A stretch of DNA of 64,000 bases from Eledone cirrhosa (taxonomy: Eukaryota): the NCBI GenBank assembly GCA_964016885.1, contig OZ024740.1, positions 74,710,001 through 74,774,000 on the forward strand, in the 5' to 3' direction. The notes beneath the pieces were generated by a model, which saw nothing but the letters and a program-made list of their open reading frames with translations, was not told where the DNA came from and did not search any database. Shown one piece after another: positions 1 to 11,653 of this stretch. The position numbers and the translations under genes were made by a program. How positions within the stretch are numbered: position 1 is the first letter of the stretch; every line of letters begins with the position of its first letter.

Positions 1-1062
1 TTAGACAACCTAAAACTTACTCAAAAACCGTTATATTTGCGTGTCATTATATTTCGTGAGGTGTCACAATTTTGACATCTCACGAAATAAATAGCAACTT
101 AATATAACAGTCTATGTTTTAGATGATTAAAATGGCTCTTCCACAATATAATTGCTTCAATTTCAACAGTCGCAGATTGAGTCACTTGCCAAACAAGTAC
201 AAATCCGATATAATATATATTTGTGTTTGTTATTTCATTTACAGTGTATTCGCTACCAATTGACTTAACCTTCCTGTTTTTTCCCTTTATTTTTTACATT
301 GTGTTCCAGCATGGCAATGATGACTAAAACAAACGAAAACACACACACATACAAATTGTCCATAATCACCGATTTACAGACTTTCAGTTTCCTTTTTTTC
401 ACACGCATGATAATTGTATCTGGTAATGCTGATAACAATAAATAAACTTTTATAATAAAGATAGAAAAATATCCAAAGTTTACGAAAATACAGATAACAG
501 AAATTAAACCCAGCGTGTCTTTATATAAAGAATAATATGCTGTTTAAAATAAGATTTAAAATAGTTTTTAATGCATTATATATAGAGATTAGCCGTTTAG
601 AAAAATAAAAAAGACACTCCAAATATAATTTTACTGGCAATAACTTCGAAGTTTGGCTGGGTTTATACATCTTTGAAATTGTAAAATAAAGAAGCAAGCA
701 ACAGATTTTAAGTATCGATCTATTTTATGTGGTGGTGGAAAAAATGGTCAAAATTGGATTGAGAGATATAATAATGGTAATAGTGATGAAGCGTGGTGAT
801 CAGGTAATTTAGGATTGAGGTAAGTGTGTGAAGAGTGAGTTTTTTTGGGGGAACGATTGAGTAAACATAAAAAAAGTAGTTACAGGCAAACTGACATATT
901 TCAGTGATCTAAAGCCTGGAATAAAATAGAAAAGAACTGTTTGAGGGTAGTAGTGGCTAAAGTAACCAACCTTTTTTCAACATAGACAAAGAATTTATAT
1001 TTGTATACACACACTAGAGAAGTAACCGAGACTGTGAATATATTACATTTCCACATTGAATA

Positions 1063-1340
1063 TCATCACCATCATCATCATCATCGTTTAACGTCCATGT
1101 TCCACGCTTGCATGGGTTTGGACGGGAGTTTTCCCACTTGAGGCAAGAGTGGTTGTCTTGCTCGCATAGGACTGTCTGGCGGGTTTTCTACAACTGGATG
1201 CCCTTCCTAACACCAACCACATTTACAGTGTGGGACTGGGAGGTTTTTACCGTGTTGCCTACACGGCCACATTACAGCGTGGACTGTGTGTTTTTTGTCG
1301 TGACACCTACACGATCTCATTTGTTTCGGCCTGGATGTTG
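1063..1340 (-). mobile_element. 3' tail of RTE LINE or RTE-derived SINE with (GAT)n tail
   Basis: Same sequence as the LINE 3' UTR at 15750-16080 (GGATGCCCTTCCTAACACCAAC core). Related copies lie near 4225, 7310, 18935, 26930, 38045, 39797, 40551 and 47398. Confidence 0.8.
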
Positions 1341-1416
1341 TATATATATATATATTATTGAGTAAAATGACTGGAGGCCGGACTGGTGAAATTCGTTCTA
1401 AGATTTATTTCAGCAA

Positions 1417-1474
1417 ACACTATGTACATTTCAGTGGTCAGCTTATGTAAGATCCTGGTGACATCATCAGGTGT
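1417..1474 (-). ncRNA. Minimal type I hammerhead-like motif (degenerate stem II)
   Basis: Minus strand reads ACAC CTGATGA ..GTCA..TGAC.. GAAA TGTACA TA GTGT. Stem III is the palindrome ATGTACAT. Confidence 0.55.
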
Positions 1475-1613
1475 ATATTGCATAATAGTTATATAATAAA
1501 AGGCTAATGATAAACAATCCAAGAGGCTATAAGGAGAGAAAGCAGAGAAAAAATGTATTTGACTCAAAAGCGATCAAGAGGGCCAGTTGTTGCCAGTTTG
1601 GATAATCACTTTA

Positions 1614-1668
<55 letters not shown>

Positions 1669-1830
1669 AACACACACACAAGAACAAGGGTGTTTCTGAC
1701 CTGTATAGAAATGATTCTTCTGTATGGTTCAGAGTTGTGGACGTTGAATGCTGTTCGCTGCAAGGGACTCAATGGTATATACACCAGAATGCTACACTTG
1801 ACATACAACATCTAGAGATTTCATCTAGGA

Positions 1831-2021
1831 CAGGCATATCAAACTGAGGGTCTCCCAAGGGCCACATGGGTCACATATGTCTTATCTGAGGGTCACACAC
1901 GACAACTAATTGCACACATTACAATTATTTAAAAAAAAAAATTTATATTACGAAGATAAATATGCTTGCATTGTGTGAGCCACAGATGTGCTTGTAAAGG
2001 GCAGCATGTTTGGCATATATG
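1831..2021. mobile_element. hAT (Charlie/Buster-type) MITE
   Basis: Perfect 8-bp TSD ATCTAGGA at 1823-1830 and 2022-2029. Imperfect TIRs CAGGCATATCAAAC / GTTTGGCATATATG. Confidence 0.8.
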
Positions 2022-2045
2022 ATCTAGGACATATTTATATGCATA

Positions 2046-2545
2046 TATTCTTCTTGAGTCATCCCTCCATCAAAGGTGAAGCATTCACAAAGTTCTTGTT
2101 CCAGATTTCCTGATCTCATTGCAGCAAGATCATCTCGTCCAGTGTGGCCAGTGTCCCTCACCAACTGTCCTGATGGTTATGTTTGGACATCCTACTCTTT
2201 GCATCTAGTCATCAGAGAAGCAGTTTCCATGTAGGTTCATCATGGCAGGAAACATGACCAGTAAGAGCCAAACGATGGGATTGAATTTTTGATGAAACTC
2301 ATTGCAGATCACCATAAAGAACCTTGCTTGTTGTGTGACTTTGCCACAAAATGTTGAACACCACTTGTAACATCTTGGTATAGGAACCATCAAGTCTCCT
2401 TGAGCGAGCATCACTGAGAGTCTAAGATTCTGAACCCTATAGTAAAATGGTTTCAACCATAGCTTTGAAGTCTTTGTACTTTGTAGATCTTGGGATGGGA
2501 GCTTACCAGACTTTTTGTAGTGAATTTATTGCACTCCATGCTTGA
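2046..2545 (-). mobile_element. Degenerate RTE-like LINE C-terminal fragment
   Basis: Minus-strand remnant LYGDLQ*VSSKIQSHRLALTGHV with stop codons. Confidence 0.55.
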
Positions 2546-3689
2546 TAGTCTAGCAGAATAGGTCATAAAGGACTAAGCTTTGATAAAAATCCTATTTGTC
2601 TCATTGTAAGCAGTAATTCATATGGCGACCATCAGTTTAATTAGACACCTTGGCATCATGAACACCAGTGGCTTCGCTGATGGTTGACTATTAATTCGAT
2701 AGTAGGTTGGCACAACTGCTCCAGTTAGTGGAGAAATCTATAAGTATGCAGGTGTGGTGAGCCATATATGTCCTAGCCTTTAGAAAAAGAAAAATGAAGT
2801 TCAATACAAGCACCAAAGTTCAAGCCTTTGATTTGCAGCCCCTCAAATGATCAGAAGATGCTACACCAGCATTAGATGATGAGCCTTGTCTTAGCCCATT
2901 AGGACAACAATGCCCTGAAACTCGACAGAAGAAAGACCTTTCTAGACCAAACCATCATGTATATATATATATATCACAGGCCCCTTTCTTTTGAGCATCA
3001 GTGGTGCTTAGTGCACTGGTATCATTTCTAACATACTTTTCTCCAACTACATACTGATTCACACTGACACTGCCTTGCAATGAGGAGCACTTCAGGTCGC
3101 ATGACATTGGCAAACTTTCTTTTATCAGCCTCTCTCTGAGCTGCATATACCTATTGTCTAGCTTATATCTTAGCTACTTGGTACTGGTTTCTGCTACCTC
3201 AATTTCTCCAGTCTTTCTATGCCTGTCTCTTAGCTTTAATGGCTCGTTCCATTGTGCTGTTCCACCACCAGGTCACCCTCTGTCTGGCTGGTGCTTTGCT
3301 CCAGACACAAGTCTCATCAGTAGTTTGCAAAAGGTCAAGCAAGAATTTCCAGTTGTCCTCTATGTTATATATATATCTAGCTCATCACCCCATAGGGCCT
3401 TTCTAAACCTTCCATCTCCATATTTTCCTGCATATCTTGCTCTGCCTTGTGTTTAATCTAATGTCACTAATAACTAACTTATGTTGGATGTCACATTCTT
3501 TCCCAGGGAAGGACTTAGCATTTATTACAGTCTATCTATCTTGTCTTACAAGTAAGAAATTAATCTGGCTTTGTGGCATTGGCTTGTATATTCACCTGAT
3601 CAGATGGCTAGTCACTTTCGTGAAATTTGTGTTGCAAATGATTAGTTCATTTGCAATGATTAGTTCATTCCAGGAGCTTCACTCTCTCT

Positions 3690-4215
3690 TCATGTTTTAA
3701 GCCATAACCATAGCCACAGTGAATCTGTCCTGATACTGTCCAACATATCCATTTAAGTCACCTGCCAAGATCATGAAGTCTCTTTCATCAGTGGCTGAAG
3801 TTGTCTGTAAAAGTTCCTCATAGAACCTGTCCTTTTGTTCTGTATTCAGTCCTGCCTGTGGTGCAAAGGTAGATGTAATTGTCACCATTTTATTTCCTAC
3901 AGCTATTATAAGCTTGATAATTCTGTCAGTTACTCTAACTAGCTCTATCACTTTATTTCTCAGCAAACAGAATGCCTATACCACCTACCCCATTGTCATT
4001 TCATGCCCAGTAAAGTTTGTATTTATGCTGTTTGCCTGTGAGTAGTCTTGCTGAAGCACCCCTCCATCTCACTTGTACACAGCATACATCCACTTCTCTT
4101 CTAACAGTTCCACAATTTCACCTGATTTACCTTTCATGCTGCCAATATTGAGGGTGGCAGTCCTGAGATTAGTAACTTGACATTTAGTTCCTCGAGTAGC
4201 AGTTCCCTGTACCTG
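3690..4215 (-). mobile_element. RTE LINE AP-endonuclease fragment
   Basis: ORF 3697-3966 reads DRII...STFAPQAG...KDRFYEEL...ILAGDLNGYVG. An N-terminal TATLNIGSM motif lies upstream. Confidence 0.85.
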
Positions 4216-4461
4216 GAATTATATCATCATCATCATCACCGTTTTACGTCCATTCTTCCATGCTAGCATGGGTTAGACGGGTTGTCCTATTATGCGCAGT
4301 ATCCGGTCGGCTGACCTTGTCTTGCTCATACGGGAACTGATTCTAGCTTGATTTCTACAGCTGGATGCCCTTCCTAACACCAACTTCATTTATAGTGAGT
4401 GCTGGGTGCTTTTTTTGCCATGGCACCTCCACGACCACTTTGCAGAGGAATGATAGGGACC

Positions 4462-4622
4462 CCAGTCCTATCATCTCATTTCTACAGCTGAGTAAACTGG
4501 AGCAATGTGAAATAAAGTGTCTTGTTCAAGGAAACAACACATCATCCGGTCCAGGAATTGAACTTGCAACCTTTCGATTGCAAGCCCAATGCTCTAACCA
4601 CTACTAAGCCATGCGCCTTCAC
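4462..4622 (-). mobile_element. tRNA-derived SINE
   Basis: A/B-box-like head (TGGCTTAGTAGTGG...AGTTCAATTCC) followed by TCCTTGAACAAGACACTTTATTTCACATTGCT. A related piece lies at about 57505-57570. Confidence 0.7.
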
Positions 4623-5328
4623 ATATATAAAAGTATTATCATCAACAACATTTAACATCCATTTTCTGTGCTAGCAAGGGTTGGACAGGTCTACATAGAC
4701 CAAGTCAGAACTGAGGGAGGGTTACTGACCTCCCAACCAGGCCGAGGGGTCTGTATATCCTGCTATTTGGGAGGTCAGTAGCTTTGCTTCAGTATTACTT
4801 GGTCTATGTAGACTTGTTCAACCCTTGCTATCAGGGAAAGCGGACATTAAATAAATATGATGAAGAAGGTATATATACGTACACACACATATATATATAT
4901 ATATGTCATAATAAAATGCACTCAGTAGGGCGCAGGATTGTATGTAAGTGAGATGCAGGCTCTCAGCTCATCAAAGAGGTCAGTACTTCTGCTTGAATAG
5001 TGACTCGGACTGTGAAGACCCATCCGATCTTTGCGAGCAGGGAAAATGGACAATAAATGATGATATATTTATATATATATATACACAATGGGTTTTTGCA
5101 GTTTCTGTCTACTAAATTTCATTCAGAAAGCGTTGATCAAATTATAACCATATGGTTGTGAAACAAACTTCTTAACCACACAGCCATGCCTGCACCTAAA
5201 CCAAACCTTTTATTAGTAAAGCTCAATTTTGTAACAAAATTATAAAAATAATAGTAAAAGATACATTTTCTTATTTTCTTTCTGTTTTCTGTTTTGCTAT
5301 TTATCAATTACTTCATTTTTTTCTATAG

Positions 5329-5732
5329 CCTCGAAGTGCTGTATATTGGAGGAAATCAACTGACTGAAGTACCAGCTGACGTTGGATACCTCTCTAAACT
5401 TAACACACTTGCACTCTGTGATAACAAAATACACACTCTACCTCGAAGTCTTGGTCAGCTGCACAAATTAAGAACTCTCAGCCTTCACAACAATCAAATC
5501 TCTACACTACCTCACGAGATAGTTTCTCTTAATCTGATAGAACTTAGTCTAAGGAATAATCCTCTTGTTGTACGTTTTGTAAAAGATTTAGTTTGTGATC
5601 CACCATCGTTATTAGAGCTGGCAGGAAGGACAATAAAAATTGAAAAAATTAAATACTATAAAAGTGATATGCCTCAAAACCTTCACCAATACCTTGAATC
5701 TGCTAAAAGATGTGTTAATCTAAAATGTAAAG
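5329..5732 (+). CDS. LRRC58: LRRC58 penultimate coding exon (leucine-rich repeats, BC-box-like PPSLLELAGRTI, start of Cys-rich C-terminus)
   Basis: Polypyrimidine tract with AG at 5327-5328 and GTAAG donor at 5733. Translation LEVLYIGGNQLTEVP...LSLRNNPLVVRFVKDLVCDPPSLLELAGRTIK...YLESAKRCVNLKCK matches the LRRC58 family pattern. Confidence 0.93.
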
Positions 5733-7557
5733 GTAAGCTTCATTTCATGTCTTTCAAGATTCTGATTTCTACATCTCAAAAAAATTGTTATAAAGAAAAT
5801 TTTGCCTAGAATACACACATACTCATATGTGTGTAAGTATATATATGTATATATATATATATATGGATATCATTATCATCACCATTTTATTTGCTGATGA
5901 TGTACACACACATACATAATCATTGTATTTTGGTTGTGAGAATTGTCATCACTTGACCCATGCTAGCATGGAAGATGGATGTTAAACGAAGATGATGATG
6001 ATGATGATGACCATGACAGAGGAAGTGTATCAAGGGAGTGGAAGACAGGGGTAGGGTGTATATATGTGTATGTATATGTGCATGTATGTACCATTTTCTT
6101 ACATCAGTACTTAATTGAAGCTATTGTAATCCTAGATTCTCACATAAATCACAGTTTTGGCAGGCTGGACACCTTTTCTGAAGCCAACAATTTTACAAAA
6201 TGTATTTGGTGCATTTTATTGTGAAACCAGTACTAGGGAGGTTATCATGTCCTTGACACAAGTGAAGAGTCTTCTCAGCTCTTTGTTTGGCATAGAATAT
6301 ATGGCTGAATACCTTTCCTAATGCCAACCACTTTACAGAGTGTACTGGGTGCATTTTATCATGGTACCAGCACTAAGTAGATTGTCAGTTTATTGACTTG
6401 ACTGTAGGGTTCTCCTTATTCAAGGTTGTGTGTTGAATGTCAAACCATTTTATAGAGCACATTTTAAAGTGGCACCAAGTTTGCCTTGTTCCAATGCAGA
6501 GGTGTTGGAGAGTGAGAGCAGGAGGAGAGGTCTTAAGATGGAACAGGGATGTATAAGGAGAGTGGGAATGATGAGACAGTGATGTGAGGCTGGAAATGGA
6601 AGGGTTAATGTATGAGAAAGTGGAAGAGTAGTGATGGATGATGAAATAGTAATAAAGTGTGATGGTGTTGATGCCAAATGTGACATCCTGTTACATGGTT
6701 TCCGTTTAGATAGTGTGATAGATAGATAATTGGAGATGGGGGAAAGGATGGAATAAAGAGTGTAGCAGATAGTGCAGTTGAAATAAAGGGAGTAGGGAGT
6801 TAATACATGCATATTAAGGGTTTTGCTTATCTCAGTGGGTAGGTCGTCTCTAACACTACAAGTCACCAATGGTGATGGATTAAGTTTACCACCCTGTGTC
6901 TGTGTGGAAGCAAGGTAAGTAGTAATAAGTATGTAGTGATACTAGCAGCAGCTCCAGTAGTAGTTGGTATTAAACTGGTTAAATGAAATGAATATCTACC
7001 CAACTGTTTTCAATCCACTGCGTGTGGATTAGCTTCTATGCTGGGTTTACGCCTACTTGTCCTTACTAACCAAGAGCAGTTGTGTGAGGTGCTCCCACAG
7101 TAGGGTTGATTGCTTCTGGTCATTGACATTGAGGTGGAATTTGAAAAACCAGAGATATCTCTCTAACAATTCTACCAATTTTTGGTTTGGATCTATATTG
7201 ACCCTGAAAAATGACAGGCATTGAGAACAGCACAGAGAACCAGAATGAATACTGCAAGACATTGTATCTGAAATGCTAACAACTCTATCAATTTACCACC
7301 TTAATAATCATCATCATCATCGTCATTTTAATGTCTGCTTTCCCTGCTAGCAAGGGTTGGACAGGTCTATATAGACCAAGTCAATACTGAAGTAGAGCCA
7401 CTGATCTCCCAGACAGGCCAGGGATCTGTATGGTCAATGCTCCACCAAGTGTACAGGAGAGGTTGTCATGTCTTTGACACAACTGAGGGTCCTCATGACC
7501 CTTTTGTTTGGCAAGATTTCTATGGCTGGATGCCCTTCCTATCACCAACCACTTTAC

Positions 7558-7815
7558 ACTCGACTCATTTCTTTCTAGCCTCTTCAAGTCTTCTGCAGTC
7601 AAAGCCCATGTTTCACTGTCATGTAGCATAGCAGTTTGCACACAGGCATCATACAGTCTACCCTTCACTCTGAGAGAAAAGCATTTTGTTGTTAGCAATG
7701 GTAATAGATCTCTAAACTTCTTTCAACCTGTTCTTATCCTGGCTATCACACTTTCAGTGCATCGTCCACCACTACTAATTTGATTGCCTAGGTAGCGAAA
7801 GCTGCCAACAACTTC
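7558..7815 (-). mobile_element. RTE LINE RT-thumb fragment
   Basis: FSLRVKGRLYDACVQTAMLHDSETWAL, same family as 12589-13311. Confidence 0.8.
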
Positions 7816-8451
7816 TTCATTAAGAATTATATTTAAGAAGGAATATATTCAGAATGAATACATTCTTGCTTAAAAAAATAAATCATCATCTAACTGCTGT
7901 GCTGGACTGTGTAGATGAATGATTTCAGACATTTGACACAGAAAATGTTGAACTATGCAGGAGTAGAAAGACATGGATTTACAAACAGTTTGGGTTTTTG
8001 TTTAACAAAACATGTTTGATGAATACTTCAACTTGTCAGAGCAAATAACATTGTTTTGTAAATATAGTTCAATACTTAGCCTACTATATTTTATTCTTCC
8101 TTTTCTTTCAACTTTTTTATTCTTTTATTAGTTTGTGGCATTAGATTGTGGCCATGCCGGGGCACCACCTTAAAGGGATTTAGTCAATTATATTGATCCC
8201 AGTACTTCTTTTTTCTTTTTTTTTTAAAATTAAACTTATAATTTACAGGACATAAACAAATAGTAAATGTAACCATGGGCACTCACACATACAAACACAC
8301 ACACGTGTGTGTGTTATTTATATGATATATATATATATATATAGAGAGAGAGAGGTAAAATACTGGAAGGTAATATCCGTAGTGATAAACCACTCAGTTC
8401 ATGGGACGAGTTAGCTGTTGTGTAACCACTTCTATATATATATATATATAT

Positions 8452-8649
8452 AAATAGACAAGGGTTAACATGTCCTCTTCAGTAGTCTTCTGATTTATCG
8501 TTGGTATTTCGGCACATTAAAGACTAGATACCTATAACTTAATTGAGTTATCGCTCGCACTGATTTTAGGTATCTAGTCTTTAATGTGCCGAAATACCAA
8601 CGATAATTCAGAAGACTACTGAAGAGGACATGTTAACCCTTGTCTATTT
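8452..8649. repeat. Fold-back with 83-bp arms (8452-8534 / 8567-8649) and a 32-nt loop
   Basis: Arms are reverse complements with one mismatch seen. Loop plus part of the right arm recurs directly at about 9060-9114. Confidence 0.95.
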
Positions 8650-9153
8650 TTATTCATATATTCATGTTCGCAACAATGCAGCACCCATTTTTCATTCACA
8701 TAATTTTTCCCTTCGCTGTGGTTCGTATATTTTCTGTTACCTTATTGCTATCACCCCTTCTCTCTCCTTCGCCTCTTGCCTTCATCAATTCCTGCTGCTG
8801 GTCACTCACTCTCGGCTGGTCCTTCCTCCCACTTTCACTCACTCCATCTCTGCTTCTCCTCCCCCTCTCACTTCCTCCCATCTGTGAATTTCTTTTCTCT
8901 CTCAATCTTCTCGCAGCTCGGACGTGTCTATTTCTTCTCGTCAATTTGATATGTCGGGCTTATGCTCACGTGATTCATTGACTTGTCTCTAATTTTCCTC
9001 TCTTTTCGTTGCATACCACCATGCGTTTGTTTTCTTCCATCCGTTTTCCCACTGTCCCGATAACTTAATTGAGTTATCGCTCGCACTGATTTTAGGTATC
9101 TAGTCTTTAATGTGTGAACATTGGCAAATAGTGTTTGTGGCATTTAATCAGAT

Positions 9154-9233
9154 TCTCTCGCTGATGAAGCCCAGGATTATCTGTTACAAACACACTCAGG
9201 GCGAAACAGATTAGGGATAATCTGTCCGAGAGA
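9154..9233 (+). ncRNA. Full-size type I hammerhead ribozyme, GUC site (cut after 9226)
   Basis: Stem I TCTCTCG/CGAGAGA. CTGATGA at 9161-9167. Stem II GCCC/GGGC. GAAA at 9203-9206. Stem III ACAGATTA/TAATCTGT with a GGGA loop. Confidence 0.92.
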
Positions 9234-9434
9234 TATAATGGTTATTGAGGCGGTTTGTATATTTTATCATTCTGTCTGCTTCTTGGTTAAATATTTCAAA
9301 CAAATGTGGTTTTTCAACCCTTGTAATTTTAGACACACGGTTTACTGTGTTTCTTACTATATATTATTAATCGGCTCAGTATTTATACTTTGAGCTTAAT
9401 AGTTACAGGGTTCCAATTGAGTTTTAACTCTAAT

Positions 9435-9498
<64 letters not shown>

Positions 9499-9738
9499 TG
9501 TGATGGTGATGAATTTGTTTTGCAAGGTTTTTGATATGAAATCGTGTTGAAACAAATATTGTTATATTTAGGGAAGGTCATATTGTTATAATATTGCCAG
9601 AAATATATAATAAAACACACTCACTGTTTGGTTGGGGTTAGTTTACGCTTGGGTATATTTTATATCCCTATAGTTAATTTAGCTGGCAATCAATTTTTAT
9701 CATTGATTGACCAACAGTTAAATATATATATATATATA

Positions 9739-9790
9739 TAGTCCCTCAGAGTTCTTTCATCACACACCTGTGACATCATCAGTGATACTA
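9739..9790 (-). ncRNA. Minimal hammerhead motif (left arm)
   Basis: TCA CTGATGA T GTCAC AGGTGT GTGAT GAAA GAACTC TGA on the minus strand. Confidence 0.65.
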
Positions 9791-9838
9791 TTATGTTTCC
9801 TTCAGTTGTACATTACAATACAACGGGTGGAAACATAA

Positions 9839-9890
9839 TAGTATCACTGATGATGTCACAGGTGTGTGATGAAAGAACTCTGAGAGACTA
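9839..9890 (+). ncRNA. Minimal hammerhead motif (right arm), CUC site
   Basis: CTGATGA at 9847-9853, stem II GTCAC/GTGAT, GAAA at 9871-9874, CTC at 9878-9880, stem I TCA/TGA. Confidence 0.65.
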
Positions 9891-10015
9891 TTTTATTTTT
9901 AACGGGTTGGTCAATCAATGATAAACATTGATTGCCAGCTAAATTAACTATAGAGATATAAAATACATGGAAGCGAAAACCAACCCAAACCAAACAGTGT
10001 GTGTTTTATTATATA

Positions 10016-10510
10016 CTAGCTGGCCCAGCTAGGTATACCGGATTTTATCTTTTCAGGATTCCCTCCTCCACCCCAGTGCAAAGATACCGCACGCCCTCTC
10101 AAGTCAGCGAGGGGAAGGGGGCTTAACATGCTCTGATATTGGGTTTGAATAGTTTTTAGGATTCCCCAGTTCAGCAGCCAGTACGTTAAAGAAAATTGAT
10201 AGTTACAACAATAAAGGCTGAACAGAGAACAAATTGTTTAACAAACTTTACAATAATTTGTACAACCATAATGGTAATTCCAAGTAACAGAAAATACATA
10301 AATTGCATTGTTAGAGCCTCAGAGTATACAATATTTTTTGTTCGGCCCTCGGGAGTAAAGATGAAGAGATTGTTTGGCGAGCTCACCCTAGAGCATCCTA
10401 CATACAATTGACCATGGGAGAAGCATGGTTTTCCCAGATGAAGGCCAGCCACTTTTAGGGTTTGACCCTGAGCTTTGTTGATGGGAATCGCAAAGCTTAG
10501 TCTCTCTGTT
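10016..10510 (-). mobile_element. Helitron 3' fragment (PIF1 helicase C-terminus and CTAG terminus)
   Basis: RLSFAIPINKAQGQTL...PCFSHGQLYVGCSRV...TKNIVYSEAL. Minus strand ends in a GC hairpin remnant then CTAG|T at 10016. Confidence 0.9.
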
Positions 10511-10695
10511 GCTCTAGTAACATTTTTTCTTCTGGAAAATCTGATCTTGCGGCGAGGCTGGGACTTTTTGGGTGGCATATCGGCAGTAACAATGATGATA
10601 AGCTGTCTGTGCTTTTGTGAAATAAATATGTTTGTTTATATTTTGTTTTTGTGTATGCAAAAATATCTGTACACGAATATATAATTATATATATA

Positions 10696-11579
10696 TCTAT
10701 ATATCTAAAACAGAGAATGTCTGTGTCTGTCTGTCAGCTCACTAAAACTCGAGAACCACCCAACCGATTGTTTTCAAACTTTACACATGTAATACTTATG
10801 GTCCTGTGAGTGTTTTGAGCAAAAATAATTTCAATGCCCTAGGGACCGCATTAGGCGATTTAGTGATCTCTCTCTATAATTCTTAGTCTTTCTTTTTAGA
10901 TAGATACATAGATATAACGTTGCGCCCTTATAATATCTGTCTGTATGTCTGGCTGTCTGCATTACGTCATTATGACGCGATCAGTGTGTGTGTGTATATA
11001 TGTATATTAATAGTGTGTATATATATATTCTTATGGCAGGGAACGTCTTCACGAACCAATGTATTGTCTTCCTGTTTTCCTTCGGTTGCACACGTTTTTC
11101 GAAATATTTACTTCTGCGTTCACAGATTGATTTTTTTTAGTTTCAGAAGATCCCGTTAAGGGTGAAAGCAGCGATTCTTTGCTTAAACTTTAATATAGAT
11201 ATTTGTGTACAGATATTTTTGCATACACAAAAACAAAATATAAACAAACAAGGCCGGCGATTACATAATCACATGCATCATTGACATATTTTTGCATACA
11301 CAAAAACATTTCGAAATATTTACTTCTACGTTCACAGATTGATTTTTTCAGTTTCAGAAAATCCCGTTAAGAGTGAAAGCAGCAATTCTTTGCTTAAACT
11401 TTAATCTGTTATTTTTATATATATATATATAATTATATATTCGTGTACAGATATTTTTGCACACACAATAACAAAATATAAACAAACATATATTTCACGA
11501 GCCTCGATAAGGATAAATATATATCAAATATATAAGAACCCTAGAGCAAATCCCGAGCAAAGCCGGGCCATTCTGCTAG
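10696..11579 (+). mobile_element. Non-autonomous Helitron
   Basis: Starts A|TCTATATATCTAAAA. Ends with hairpin CCCGAGCAAAGCCGGG (11552-11567) and CTAG|T. Confidence 0.7.
11139..11189 (+). ncRNA. Hammerhead-like fold with CAGAAGA core (U4A); second + copy at 11350-11400
   Basis: AGTTT CAGAAGA TCCCGTTAAGGGT GAAA GCA..TGC TT AAACT. Confidence 0.5.
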
Positions 11580-11602
11580 TATATATTAAAATAACAGATT
11601 AA

Positions 11603-11653
11603 AGTTTAAGCAATGAATTGTTGCTTTCACCCTTAACGGGATCTTCTGAAACT
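11603..11653 (-). ncRNA. Hammerhead-like fold with CAGAAGA core
   Basis: Minus strand has stem I AGTTT/AAACT and stem III AGCAA/TTGCT. Confidence 0.5.

Larger units (their letters stand above)
8452..9440 (+). mobile_element. Penelope-like element 3' remnant (pseudo-LTR type) between (TA)n tracts
   Basis: (TA)n on both sides, 5' fold-back, internal direct repeat and a hammerhead near the 3' end. No ORF evidence. Confidence 0.55.
9604..10015. repeat. About 410-bp imperfect palindrome with a hammerhead on each arm
   Basis: 9604-9800 is reverse-complementary to 9829-10015, and the inner ~60 bp is nearly perfect. Confidence 0.9.

Noticed and set aside
5294-5809. ORF-track start and stop for the LRR protein
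   Set aside because: Both ends are intronic read-through. The exon limits are 5329-5732.
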